From positions 44,768-64,767 of the forward strand of contig LVLI01000329.1 in assembly GCA_001687465.1 (NCBI GenBank): DNA of 20,000 bases, given 5' to 3'. Positions 1 through 9,623 of the stretch are shown in pieces. The notes beneath the pieces are model-generated. The model did no database searches. It saw only the letters and a list, made by a program, of their open reading frames with translations, and was not told the origin of the DNA. This DNA comes from Halocafeteria seosinensis (Eukaryota). Position numbers and translations under genes: made by a program. How positions within the stretch are numbered: the stretch's first letter is position 1; the number at the start of each line of letters is the position of its first letter.

Positions 1-184
1 ATATAGATCGCAGAAACATCTAAGTAATGGTTCACTAGCTACCGTTAATTAGTACACGTGGATAAAGAAGCTTCGAAAAGCCGCAGTCAAGGAGTCATTG
101 ATAACCACACGACTTCTGCACATTTGCCTCGAGGCCCATGCTTCCTGTTGCGTAGCGTACCAAAATAAACACGTCATTTGATTA

Positions 185-1114
185 TCAATCTTTTCGTCCC
201 GTTGCCTTTTTCATTGTATCTCGGGCTCTTTGCAAAACTCTTCCCGCGGCTGCCGCTCCTTTAGTTGCTCTTGAGAACTGAGGTCGCTTCTGGATATTAA
301 ACAAATGTAACATCCTCATTGGAAGGTAGCGTAGGAGTGCCGGTACAGCAAAGAGAGTTATCAATATCCTAAACGGTTCCGTGGTCTTGGTCAAGAGCCA
401 AGCCGTGAGGAAGTTCGTTATGTGTGGCGATACCTGGAGCTCTTTGTTGGGAGAAATCCACTGCTTTATTCTAGAATTTCTCAGCCACTTGTTGACGTCA
501 GGCCCCTTCACAGCGCCAAGTTCAACTAAAGCCCACATAATCGCCAAGACGCCCACATACATACCAATGTAGAAAGTCAATGTTAACCCTCCATAATTTC
601 GAATATATTGCCTAAATAAATCACTGTTGTCATGCCACCAACGACGAAGAGACTTTACAGGAGCTTCTCGAAATTCTGCCCACGATATATGGGACATTTC
701 CCGGGGCGCCGATTCACTCTCAGCGGAGCCTGTGTTTGTTTGTTTTCCGCCATCAGGCTTTTGTTCTGCTTTATTAGAGCAATTACGTCGTCTATGTCGC
801 AAACACGTCGAGCGAGTTTGTTTAAGCCATTGGTTCATTACAAATCCAGGCCGCGGTGTGAGTAGCAACGACGTGCGAAACATGGGGCCTCTACACGAGG
901 AGACGTTACAACCAGTATCAAATTTCGATTTTATCTGTGTCGAAAAATTTGTCATCGTTTGTCCTCGTAGTTGGGGTAGTGGTATTCTCTTTGCCACCAT
1001 CGGATGCAGCTTTGTCGTGCGTAATGCGTTCATTCCTCCGTTTCCTCCTACTCGTACCGCTCGTTGAAACATCGGCTGGAGCCCCACATTGTGGACCCGC
1101 CAACAATATGCCAT
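185..1114 (-). CDS. FAM210/DUF1279-family membrane protein, probably mitochondrial
   Basis: Uninterrupted 309-aa ORF. The C-terminal half has the DUF1279 pattern: 'YIRNYG' followed by a hydrophobic helix (LTLTFYIGMYVGVLAIMWALV), then 'NFLTAWLLTKTTEPFRILITLFAVP'. The N-terminus is Arg-rich and acid-poor, like a mitochondrial presequence. The start is uncertain (ATG 1114 or 1072). Family assignment is from motif recall, not a search. Confidence 0.8.
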   Translation of the reverse strand: MAYCWRVHNVGLQPMFQRAVRVGGNGGMNALRTTKLHPMVAKRIPLPQLRGQTMTNFSTQIKSKFDTGCNVSSCRGPMFRTSLLLTPRPGFVMNQWLKQTRSTCLRHRRRNCSNKAEQKPDGGKQTNTGSAESESAPREMSHISWAEFREAPVKSLRRWWHDNSDLFRQYIRNYGGLTLTFYIGMYVGVLAIMWALVELGAVKGPDVNKWLRNSRIKQWISPNKELQVSPHITNFLTAWLLTKTTEPFRILITLFAVPALLRYLPMRMLHLFNIQKRPQFSRATKGAAAAGRVLQRARDTMKKATGRKD

Positions 1115-1667
1115 AGTAGTATGACAACCTTCCTTCAGGTATCTTCCCTCTGTTTCCCCCTATATATGCAATACGGAGAGAATAGCCCAATATTCCACCG
1201 TTCTCACAAACTTTCAACGCTTGTGCACGACGTATTCCAAAGGCCAATCCCTCATCCAGCATCCAAGAACAATAGTAACGAGTATCCTCTTGTATTCTCA
1301 GGGTGACCGGGAGATCGGGGGCGTATAATGAAGGTAATAAAAGACTATTTGCCTCCTTCCCCTCTAGAGCACCAGGTGACACAGAACTTCAGATGCCTTT
1401 TTCGCCAATTCCAACTGCATACAACCCATCCATACAGTGATTGTCGAATACTAAAATATTAAACCTATCCAACCACAGCCGCTAATTCGCATTCTAATAC
1501 CTCTATATTGTATTAAAGAGCACCGGAGACGGCAACTTCACAAACGTCCAGTGCGCAGTACAATGAGGTTTATTTCGTCCGTATTTCATCATATTGATGC
1601 ACCAAAGACACAGACAGGATATGTGTATCATCTACACATCGTAGTTCATGTCTGGTGGAGTGAGAGA

Positions 1668-4600
1668 ATGGAATGGATTCAACGAGGAGCTGCCCCTTGG
1701 AGGAGAACAAGGGCTCTTTCATGCCTTTATAAGCGCTCTACAGCTTATATAAGCACTCATTCCCACAATGTGACCTTGAGAGGTGCTCGGACAGAGAGAG
1801 GGCATTGCCGCCGATTGGGTGGGTATCCCCTAACTGGACCCATTTCGGCTCAATACAGCAGCAGCAGCACTAAGAATCTGAGCCAGAGATACAGAGATTG
1901 TATGCGGCAATTAAATAGCTCAGAGGAAGCCGTCGATCTCGATTTAATTGGATCCACCTTGGAGGAACTCGCGTATATACCGTACTATTCGTCTCACAAT
2001 GGACAGCCTCAAATCGGGTTCGACCGACGAGCTGTCAACATTGTACAAGCAACATTGGGATACCTCCGGAGGTCAGCGTCCGGTATTACACCAAGGCCTC
2101 ATTCGAAGTTGATGAAGTCCACGAGCACGGGTAGTGTTAAGGAATCCTTCGCATCCCTTCTTCGTCCGCAAACTGTTACAGTGTTGATAGCCAACCTACC
2201 CGATGCCGAAGCTACCGAAATCACTCACTTGATCTTGAGAAACTCTACGCTATCTCCAAATAAGACCCTGGTTACCTGGATGGTATTTAGATCGATTCGT
2301 ACATGCGACTACAGCACTGTAGATGAGATTCTAGACTGGTGTAAAGGGCATAAGTTTCCTCTTGGCTACGAGACGATGTGGCCCCTGATACAACATTACG
2401 TGGAAGAGGGTGAATTCGAGCAACTAGATAACATAGTAAAAGAGTGTTTCCAGGCACCCTCTGTCGAAGAAATTAACAAACCCATCGAACTTTCGGCGAT
2501 GCTTGAAGCTGTCCTCTGGCGTGATAAACTGGAAATGCCCAATGCCAAAGTTGCTTCAGAGAGTATTGACGAGGTAGACAGGGAAGTTACCCAGAGACTA
2601 CCAACCAAACTTCGAGAAATCGCTCAGGGCACACATCTTGGAAAGACATCGGAAATCTATGATATCCGTCGCGGTAAAAGAAACTGGCCTATGCCTACGC
2701 CTGCTACAAGTCGGCCTCAGTTCGGAGTAGGCGATACATCTAAAGACAAAACGCTCCTCCAGAGAATGAGTGCCGTACAAATTCATGCCCATGAACGATC
2801 AAAGCTAACTGGACCCCTGGGACAGGTGGCCACTTCAGTTGCTAATAATTTGTTAAAGCATGTAGCAGATGATTTACGTCGCTGGAATACCGACATTAGT
2901 CACCCAACTGAAATAACAGAAGAATCGATCATCTTTATGGACTCCCTACTTACACGGCCGAAAGGACACTTTACCACTGTCGAGGACGTCCGATATGTGG
3001 CTCCTTACGATACCAAAGTCGACCTAGCCGAATCTCATTTCCTAGATCAAGCGTTATCTCAACCCACGATCACACGATGCATAAACCATGTACGAGATAC
3101 AGTAACCGCTCTCAAGACTAGATTGAGTCGCCCTGAGAGTGCAGTAGAACGACCTCTCGCTGTCGCTATGGGAATTGTAAGAGTTTATGATACAACGCTG
3201 TCATTGATACCTTCCCTTTCACCTACAACCCAATGGTTATTAGCTAAGACTCTCAGGAAGCTTGGACGACTCGACGATCTCCATGCGCTGTATCGCTATG
3301 CACAAATAGCAAATGGGAAGTGGATGGAAGTGGGTACTCTAGAGTTCGTCACAGAGGATTTGTCTTTACCGGAAACCGATGTGAAGTATGTCAAGACATT
3401 AACGGATAATGAAGTCAAACAAGCGTTAAACGAAGCATCCAACGACCTCTCAGCGCTACAGCAATCACAAAAACACCAATTTGTTCGCCGGCAGACGGCC
3501 TCCATCCTTGCCGAATATTTGATGGGGTCCATTGAACAGTGCTCAGCGTTGCTGACTTACTCACCATCGGATACTTTCCTGAACGAATCGGAGGCTATTG
3601 TTGAGCGATGGAACCATTTTCGTGCTCTTGCATCTCAGGACGCAATGGAATTCCTTCAAGAAGCGAATACGTTCATCAACTCTCTGAAAGAAGAAACGGA
3701 AAATAAAATGTCAAAAGGTGACCGCACTATCCCGTTCGACTCTCCTATTCTTCCGTACGTAGTGTCGGAGCTGGGACAAATGGCCAGCTCATTGCAAACA
3801 CAACGAGGGCTTGGATACTCGCATCTAAAAACTCACGAAGCCCGCATTGGTACAAAGATCCAATGGAGTTATGATGCTCCTCTAGCCGTTGATGAGCGCA
3901 AAGTGGAGATCCAGCAGCTTTGCCAAGACACGAGTCTCAACGTTGTTTCCCTTCTTTCTCTTTCGGAAGTAGTGTTTAACGCCGGATCCGCAGCCGGCAG
4001 TAAAACGAGCTGTTGGTGGATGGACGAGAGTGTGAAAGGAAGTGACAAAGAGCGCTCTGACATGGACGATTGCTTAAAGAACGCATCCCAAGGTACGGAA
4101 ACTATTAGGGTTCGCCACGCATTGCGAAGACTGATAAACGAGCTTGTCCAAAAGTGGTCAGGCAATGAGTCACTCACAGAAGATGCAAGAATGCTCTCTG
4201 AAAACGCTGTCGTGTCCGTTCGAAGTCTCATGGCGTTGGTTAGACTCCTCTTCTATTTAGACCAGCCAGTTCCCATGCGGTCCATCATGCAGTCATCACT
4301 TTCACTGCACCTCAATGAAAATGACATAGAAGGAGCGTTATTCTGCTATCACTCGATAATGAACTCTTTCAACGGCAAAGGACAACACCGTTTCCCTCAA
4401 TTGTCTTTCGGAAACCGAGAGAGTTACTCTTCCAAAGATGGGACTGTACTGAAATATCTCCGGACCTCGAGCTCAGACGCCCGACACGATGTTGCTTTAC
4501 AATCTCCTTTTTTGGTATTACCTGTCTCCCAGCAAGCAGCCCTTTTGTACGCATGTTTGAGGAATTGCAAGTGGGTAGATGCATACGCTGTGCTTCTAGA

Positions 4601-5033
4601 TGTGGTTGTTTGCAGTGTCCGCTTCGCTGTCGCAAACATGCCGTCAGAGTATTTGAGAGAGTCAGAAGTGGGTGGACAGTACCTCCTTTTGGATGAGATT
4701 GTGTGGGGGTCCATGCTAAGGAACAACAATGAGAGAGCCCCTCAGTCAACTCAGTTCCTGAGGAAGCTGTTGAATGCAGGGATGGGAGAATTTCTCTTGC
4801 AACGAGTCAATGATGACCTAGAGCGGCAAGATGAAAAGGGAGTAATACAGAAGGAGCGGTATGACTGGCTAATGAAGAGTTTTATTGAGAGAGAAGGTGA
4901 AGCAGGGGCAGCAATTTGTATGAACTTGCTGGGTATCGATCCGTCTCTAGACACTGCCGATTCGAAAACCTCAGCGGTTTCTCTCCTCGAAACAAACGAA
5001 GAGTTCGAGGAAGATAACATTATGGAAAACTAG
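1668..5033 (+). CDS. Large helical-repeat (PPR-like) protein, probably organelle-targeted; function unknown
   Basis: The frame is open from 1551 to 5033. The most plausible start is ATG 1668 (MEWIQRGAAPWRRTRALS..., Arg/Ser-rich presequence-like); ATG 1563 is also possible. Scattered PPR-like helix pairs include TWMVFRSIRTCDYSTVDEILDW, TMWPLIQHYVEEGEFEQLDNIV, LLAKTLRKLGRLDDLHALY and AALLYACLRNCKWVDAYAVL. Coding status is secure; the product is tentative. Confidence 0.6.
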   Translation: MEWIQRGAAPWRRTRALSCLYKRSTAYISTHSHNVTLRGARTERGHCRRLGGYPLTGPISAQYSSSSTKNLSQRYRDCMRQLNSSEEAVDLDLIGSTLEELAYIPYYSSHNGQPQIGFDRRAVNIVQATLGYLRRSASGITPRPHSKLMKSTSTGSVKESFASLLRPQTVTVLIANLPDAEATEITHLILRNSTLSPNKTLVTWMVFRSIRTCDYSTVDEILDWCKGHKFPLGYETMWPLIQHYVEEGEFEQLDNIVKECFQAPSVEEINKPIELSAMLEAVLWRDKLEMPNAKVASESIDEVDREVTQRLPTKLREIAQGTHLGKTSEIYDIRRGKRNWPMPTPATSRPQFGVGDTSKDKTLLQRMSAVQIHAHERSKLTGPLGQVATSVANNLLKHVADDLRRWNTDISHPTEITEESIIFMDSLLTRPKGHFTTVEDVRYVAPYDTKVDLAESHFLDQALSQPTITRCINHVRDTVTALKTRLSRPESAVERPLAVAMGIVRVYDTTLSLIPSLSPTTQWLLAKTLRKLGRLDDLHALYRYAQIANGKWMEVGTLEFVTEDLSLPETDVKYVKTLTDNEVKQALNEASNDLSALQQSQKHQFVRRQTASILAEYLMGSIEQCSALLTYSPSDTFLNESEAIVERWNHFRALASQDAMEFLQEANTFINSLKEETENKMSKGDRTIPFDSPILPYVVSELGQMASSLQTQRGLGYSHLKTHEARIGTKIQWSYDAPLAVDERKVEIQQLCQDTSLNVVSLLSLSEVVFNAGSAAGSKTSCWWMDESVKGSDKERSDMDDCLKNASQGTETIRVRHALRRLINELVQKWSGNESLTEDARMLSENAVVSVRSLMALVRLLFYLDQPVPMRSIMQSSLSLHLNENDIEGALFCYHSIMNSFNGKGQHRFPQLSFGNRESYSSKDGTVLKYLRTSSSDARHDVALQSPFLVLPVSQQAALLYACLRNCKWVDAYAVLLDVVVCSVRFAVANMPSEYLRESEVGGQYLLLDEIVWGSMLRNNNERAPQSTQFLRKLLNAGMGEFLLQRVNDDLERQDEKGVIQKERYDWLMKSFIEREGEAGAAICMNLLGIDPSLDTADSKTSAVSLLETNEEFEEDNIMEN

Positions 5034-5078
5034 GGTCACTCAAACCGTTAACACTGAAAATGGCAACAGCAATTTCCG

Positions 5079-8000
5079 TTAGTCCCCTAGCGACGAAGTT
5101 TCATCTTCATAATCCACATCAGGGGGTTCTGTCACTGGAGGTTGGTCATCCTCCTCTTCTTCTTCGTCCGGGCCCTGCTCCTCGTTTGGTTCGTCCGGAG
5201 TAACTGCGGGTACACTGCCTACTGACCGCGTTGAACGAGTAGGCTGCACACTTTCCGGTCCAAGCCTTTCGCCATCCACCTCTTGATCGCTCATTCCAGA
5301 AATAATGGAACATTTGCTCGGTTGTGAATCCGGGTCTAGTTCTTCTACTGTTGAGTGCTTTCTACCTTCAACTGAACCAATGAACCCCCACAATTCTTCC
5401 TTCTTTACCCCTAAGCCTTCCTCGGGGGAGGAATAGCTTTGGCATCCTGTTTCCTGAGAATGTCCAGATATACTACATTGGTGAGAAAAATGTAGACCGG
5501 TCAAAGTTGAGATATCAAAACCAGAGTTGGGCTTCTTTGCCATAGAAGGCTGGGGGGCATATCTACAGAAATAGTCCTCCCATAGCTTTACTCTTCGCAA
5601 CACCAATGATGGCGGAGGCAACAGAACTTCCTTAGCCGTATTAATATTATACAAGGGGGAAACAAAATTAGACGCGTTAAGAGCCTTAAGAATAGTGTTT
5701 AGGGATGCTGAGAATAGCCATTGTTCGTCACAACTTGAGCTCTCGGCACACTGCTTCTTTAATAGCCGCAGGCTCTTTACATCCAGTTCGGTTTGCTTAT
5801 GCACCCACTCCCACAGAGATCTCATCCGTTTTGCCACTAGCGTAGCTTCCCGATCCTTCTCGCAGTCGTAGAGTAGCGTACCAAACTTTCCAGAATTTAG
5901 ATGATACGCGATGGCCAACAAGAAACAAGGAGTATACTCAAAGTATGCCGGAAATTGGGAAACCAATTGGAAAACGGAGTCCAAGAATTGCACGAAGATG
6001 GGACTCACATCGTGGTCATCATCTACGTTCGCCGAGGAGTGGCCGCATCGTGTTCGAAAGCGATGGCCAAATGAACACCAGTCTTTCTCGACCAAGATAC
6101 AAAAGCCGCGTATGGTTCGGAAAAAAGGGTCCAGTAGAATTTGAGCAACAGAGCACACCTGGGCGGTTCTGTCCCAACCATCACTACAATGTACAAGTAT
6201 ACTCTGTCTCGTGCGATGCAAAGCATGCGCTACGCGTAGAGATGCCGACAACAAAGCCCGGATATGTACCAGCCAGTAACTGTTCTCGACGACGGAACCA
6301 AAAGTGACATCCGCAGAGGCGTTAGCCGTTTTTAGGAAACCCGTTTGAGCTCCGTTTGACACATTCAAAACGGCTGCTTCTACTTTCTTGAAAGCGTCTC
6401 GAATAGCATGTATGTTGTGAATATTCAAAAACAGCACATCCGTGTCCGCATAAGTTTCGTAACCCCAGCCGGCGGCCCGATTTCCCATGGCGTTAGACTT
6501 GGGTCGAGCATCGGCTATCACCAAGGGTCTACTGGTGATAAATTTACCAATATCTGTTCTTCTCGCGAGTTCCATATCCGGGTTACCGGCGACCCCTTTT
6601 AATTTATCTTCGTTGTCAAACATCACAGAACAATTTTGAATTCTCTGTCGAAATGACATTTCGCGGTTATGATGCTGCAACTCGGGGGACGGAGCTTCTG
6701 AATACACAGCTGCTAACGCTTTCTTGGCTCCAGCATCACGAATAGCCATGAGTAAGGAGAGGTCCTCTGAACTGCTGTTATTCGACATTCCAACTTTCGG
6801 TTGAGAAGATCTGAAAATAGCAGTACCTGTCGGCCGATGTCTATACGTTAGAGCCGGTATTCGCTTCTTCGCTCGAAAATGAGCAACACTTTCTAATTTT
6901 TGCATGACTCCAGCCCCATTCCTTTCCATCAAAAAGCTGGAGGGAAGTATTACGATGCTGGGATATGTGGACGAGAATTTGAAATCTCGATTTACATCAG
7001 TTTTTGTGAACTGGGGCTCTCCTGTTTCCGGACACTTTGCCGCAAACACTGCTTGACGTCCAAATTCGATTTCAGGCTGGAAGAGTTTCCAACCTGGAAG
7101 CTCGTGCGGCGCGGGTTTCTTGCGCACACCATACATATAGTTCAATTCACCAGGGAACGCGGTCAGTCTGACCCTTTCAATGATCTTGTCAATGCTGTCA
7201 GGCTTGATGATGAACCTATACTTACGCACATCTTTGCAAGTCAACTCCATAGCAACACAGTTCTGATCTTTCACTTTCTCAACGCGCTTGATCGTCGATG
7301 CGGGAATAGTTAGGAAGGTAGGATCCAAGTGACTGAATCCCGGCACACCATAGTCGGCTCGTTGAATGTAATCTCTCGTTTGCCCTCGTTCGGTGTGGGG
7401 CAAGAAGCGCAGGGCATAGTCTGTTCCCGTCAGCATCCCCTCTAATTTATCCCCGAACGGACTTAGCATGAATCCCTCGATATTGTACTGCAAATGCTCA
7501 TCTGTTGCTGGGAATATTTCCTCTTCCAAGCACCAGCGGCTTCGTGATCGATCAGCAGTTTCTTGCTGCCCTTCATTCGAGACGGAGCGTCGTATTCTGC
7601 AAACCGGAGCACATGATTTATAGCCTGTGTTGCGGAAACAGCTTCTATAATCAACCCCACTACTTACATTAAGCCATCATCCGAGTCTGAACGCAAGGGG
7701 GAAACACGTTGTCCATTTGTCATGGAATCGCTCAGCGGGCTCGACTCGTTTCGTCCATCAGCGCGGTCGTTCCCACCACAAAAGGGGTTATTCAGCTCCT
7801 CCACTCGCTTCTCAAACTCTTCATTTGGGGGTGTATTGTCCTCAGGATAGCCTGCAGGATGATGTCTTCTCACCTGAAGGAAGTCCCGGTCCGGACTGAA
7901 AGACGGCGATACCACTGCTCCAGAGCTTGCGGTAGCCGATGACGCTGATGCCGAAGTCGAAGACCCTCCTGGTGGAGGTGGCGGCGTGGCACTGGTGTTA

Positions 8001-8092
8001 TTATGCGCCTTGGAAGCGTCTTGGCCTTGATTTAATGCTCCCAAAGGGTCGTGTTGTACGGGGACCTTCTTGGAAGATCGTTTCTTACCCAT
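5079..8092 (-). CDS. Myotubularin-family phosphoinositide 3-phosphatase, catalytically intact type
   Basis: Model: complement(join(5079..7596,7668..8092)), ~980 aa. Intron 7597..7667 (71 nt, GTAAGT...TGCAG) joins the 7664..8113 and 5079..7529 ORFs in frame. The catalytic signature VHCSDGWDRTAQ is present, along with FRAKKRIPAL, RSSQP, IADARP, IHNIHAIR, LVEKDWCSFGHRF and SPIFVQFLD. A PH-GRAM-like segment precedes the phosphatase domain, and the tail is acidic. Confidence 0.95.
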
Positions 8093-8203
8093 GATTTCTG
8101 TGCTTAAATCCACTCAACTCGCTCTATGATATTCTACAGATCATTTTGCATAGAATGATGCTACGAGAGTAACAAACAAGGCTACTTAAAGCACATAAAT
8201 CAG

Positions 8204-8516
8204 CCCTTGAAACAAGGGGAGGCCGGGGGCCGTCATCTCCCCTTAAGGTTCCCTTTCAGACGGACCCCTTTTCCCGCACACCCGCCCGAGCTGGCCAGCT
8301 AATCACACCAGCTCGGAAAATAACGATGGAACTGAAAGCGAGTGGAAGTGGCCAGAGGGGAAGCAAGAGATTCAAAGCGAGAACTCTTGAGTAAAACGGC
8401 ATGCGAATCGGTGTTCACACTGTTGGTAGATTAATACGTTTGTTCCAATTGCTACAGCAACCACTAAATGCGAACTTGGCCGTGGTTCATGTTTTCCGGT
8501 CGCTATCCTCTTCGCA
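8204..8516. other. GC-rich segment with multiple inverted repeats (candidate structured RNA or regulatory element)
   Basis: Complementary pairs seen: CCCTTG 8204-8209/CAAGGG 8213-8218; AAGGGGAG 8214-8221/CTCCCCTT 8237-8244; CCGAGCTGG 8286-8294/CCAGCTCGG 8308-8316; CTTTCAG 8253-8259/CTGAAAG 8332-8338; CAAGAG(A)TTC 8364-8373/GAACTCTTG 8381-8389; TGCGAA 8469-8474/TTCGCA 8511-8516. No RNA family was recognised. Confidence 0.35.
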
Positions 8517-9076
8517 CACCTTGGCAGAGCTCACTCCGCATCTCGCGAGTTAGGAATATGGCTAGTACGATGAATGTCCGGTATTCGAACTACAACCCAG
8601 TTACAGAAGTAGCCTACCTGTGAGTTTTGGGCACATCTTGGCTTCGCCCTTATAACACTTATCGCCAGCCAATCCTCCTACGCGTACGACACCGCTATCG
8701 TGAGGCTGGGAGTAGCCTAGCTTCACTCTTGAACGAACAAATTCGTACAGCTTCTCCCAGAGCGTTCGAATGTCACCTTGATCGGCTCCTGAGCGTTCCA
8801 AAGTAGAGACAGAGCGTTCCGTGTATGCACTTCACGTTCACTTCGCTTAGTCTGTTGGTTACTCTGTTTCTCAATGAGGTAGCTATCTACGGCACAAGAC
8901 ACTACCGGTATGCTCCAGAGTGCACCATAATCTGCCGTTGGGCATCCGGGGCGGCGAGTGTTCCCAATCCTACGGTAGTAGATGAAGACGTTGATGCCGC
9001 GTTTATCCGGATTTCATGGACATGTTTGTCGAACAAAAGCATTACCATTACAGGGTGACTTGCTCAACGGGGGAGT

Positions 9077-9465
9077 TCATGCTCGTAGCCGATCTAGGGT
9101 TCTGCGCAGCTGAGGTATATCACATGTGTTCAGTCCCATGGGAGGATCCTGCCCTTTCTTACGATATTCCAGCTCTATTTTACCTGCAAAATTTCGAAGT
9201 ATATGCGGTACAAAATGACAACAAATGCACTGAGGAACCGAGGGGACTCACCGATGAGATCCTGCTTGACTCTATGATCTCGAAGCGCTGCATTACGTTC
9301 ATCAGAGATACCCGCTGTATTTCCCAGACGTTGCTCGGCCGCTCTCGCTCGCGCTTCACGCTCATCTACGTCATTGGTGTTGTAGGAGCCTCCCAATGCG
9401 CGCCCTCCTCCACGATGGTGAGCTGAGTTCCGCGTCGCGGTGCCTTTACAACATATACTTCCCAT
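9077..9465 (-). CDS. Small VCP/p97-interacting (SVIP-like) lipidated protein
   Basis: Model: complement(join(9077..9183,9252..9465)), 106 aa. Intron 9184..9251 (68 nt, GTGAGT...TGCAG) gives the C-terminus ...KQDLIGKIELEYRKKGQDPPMGLNTCDIPQLRRTLDRLRA*. N-terminal MGSICC fits myristoylation plus palmitoylation. REARARAAEQR fits the VIM consensus R-x5-AA-x2-R. Confidence 0.8.
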
Positions 9466-9623
9466 AACCCACGTAGGCAGTTCGCAAGTAACTATTGACT
9501 TGTACTATCCAGTATTGATTTTCTGTTCGACAACAATTCACACACGCACACGAGAAGGAGCGTTTGTGTATACATATACCAATATATATATTCAATACAA
9601 TTACCCTACTGCATCGTGTTTCA
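9466..9623. promoter_or_regulatory. Short divergent (bidirectional) promoter region
   Basis: 158 nt separate the head-to-head start codons of the SVIP-like and SHPRH-like genes. The gap contains a CA-rich tract (~9539-9552) and an AT-rich TATA-like tract (~9568-9592). Inferred from position only. Confidence 0.5.

Noticed and set aside
1..184. Possible 3' end of a neighbouring gene
   Set aside because: Too little sequence and no supportable ORF.
918..1382. 154-aa minus-strand ORF overlapping the FAM210-like gene
   Set aside because: GTG start, no recognisable motif, and out-of-frame overlap with a real gene.
8130..8155. GATCATTT...ATAG resembles U3 snoRNA box A
   Set aside because: Only a short match. 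Boxes A', B, C and D are not arranged as expected, and it lies immediately upstream of the myotubularin start.
8198..8236. SECIS-like ATGAC...TGAT on the minus strand
   Set aside because: The upper helix pairs poorly, there is no apical AA, and no upstream gene has a selenoprotein-like in-frame TGA.
8315..8327. GGAAAATAACGAT resembles a segment of U12 snRNA (from memory)
   Set aside because: The upstream branch-site-pairing GTAAGGA and the 5' TGCCTTAAAC elements are absent, and no clear Sm site follows.
9045..9053. CTGTAATGG on the minus strand resembles the minimal SRP RNA Alu motif
   Set aside because: No helix 8 (CAGG..GNRA..AGCA) downstream, and it lies in the SVIP-like 3' UTR.
8601..9058. 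Short ORFs 8601..8801 (-) and 8825..9058 (+)
   Set aside because: No recognisable motifs, and no splice combination extended them into a plausible protein.
9016..9426. 136-aa + ORF antisense to the SVIP-like gene (representative of the many short nested or antisense ORFs in the track)
   Set aside because: Shadow ORFs of real coding sequence with no independent motif support.
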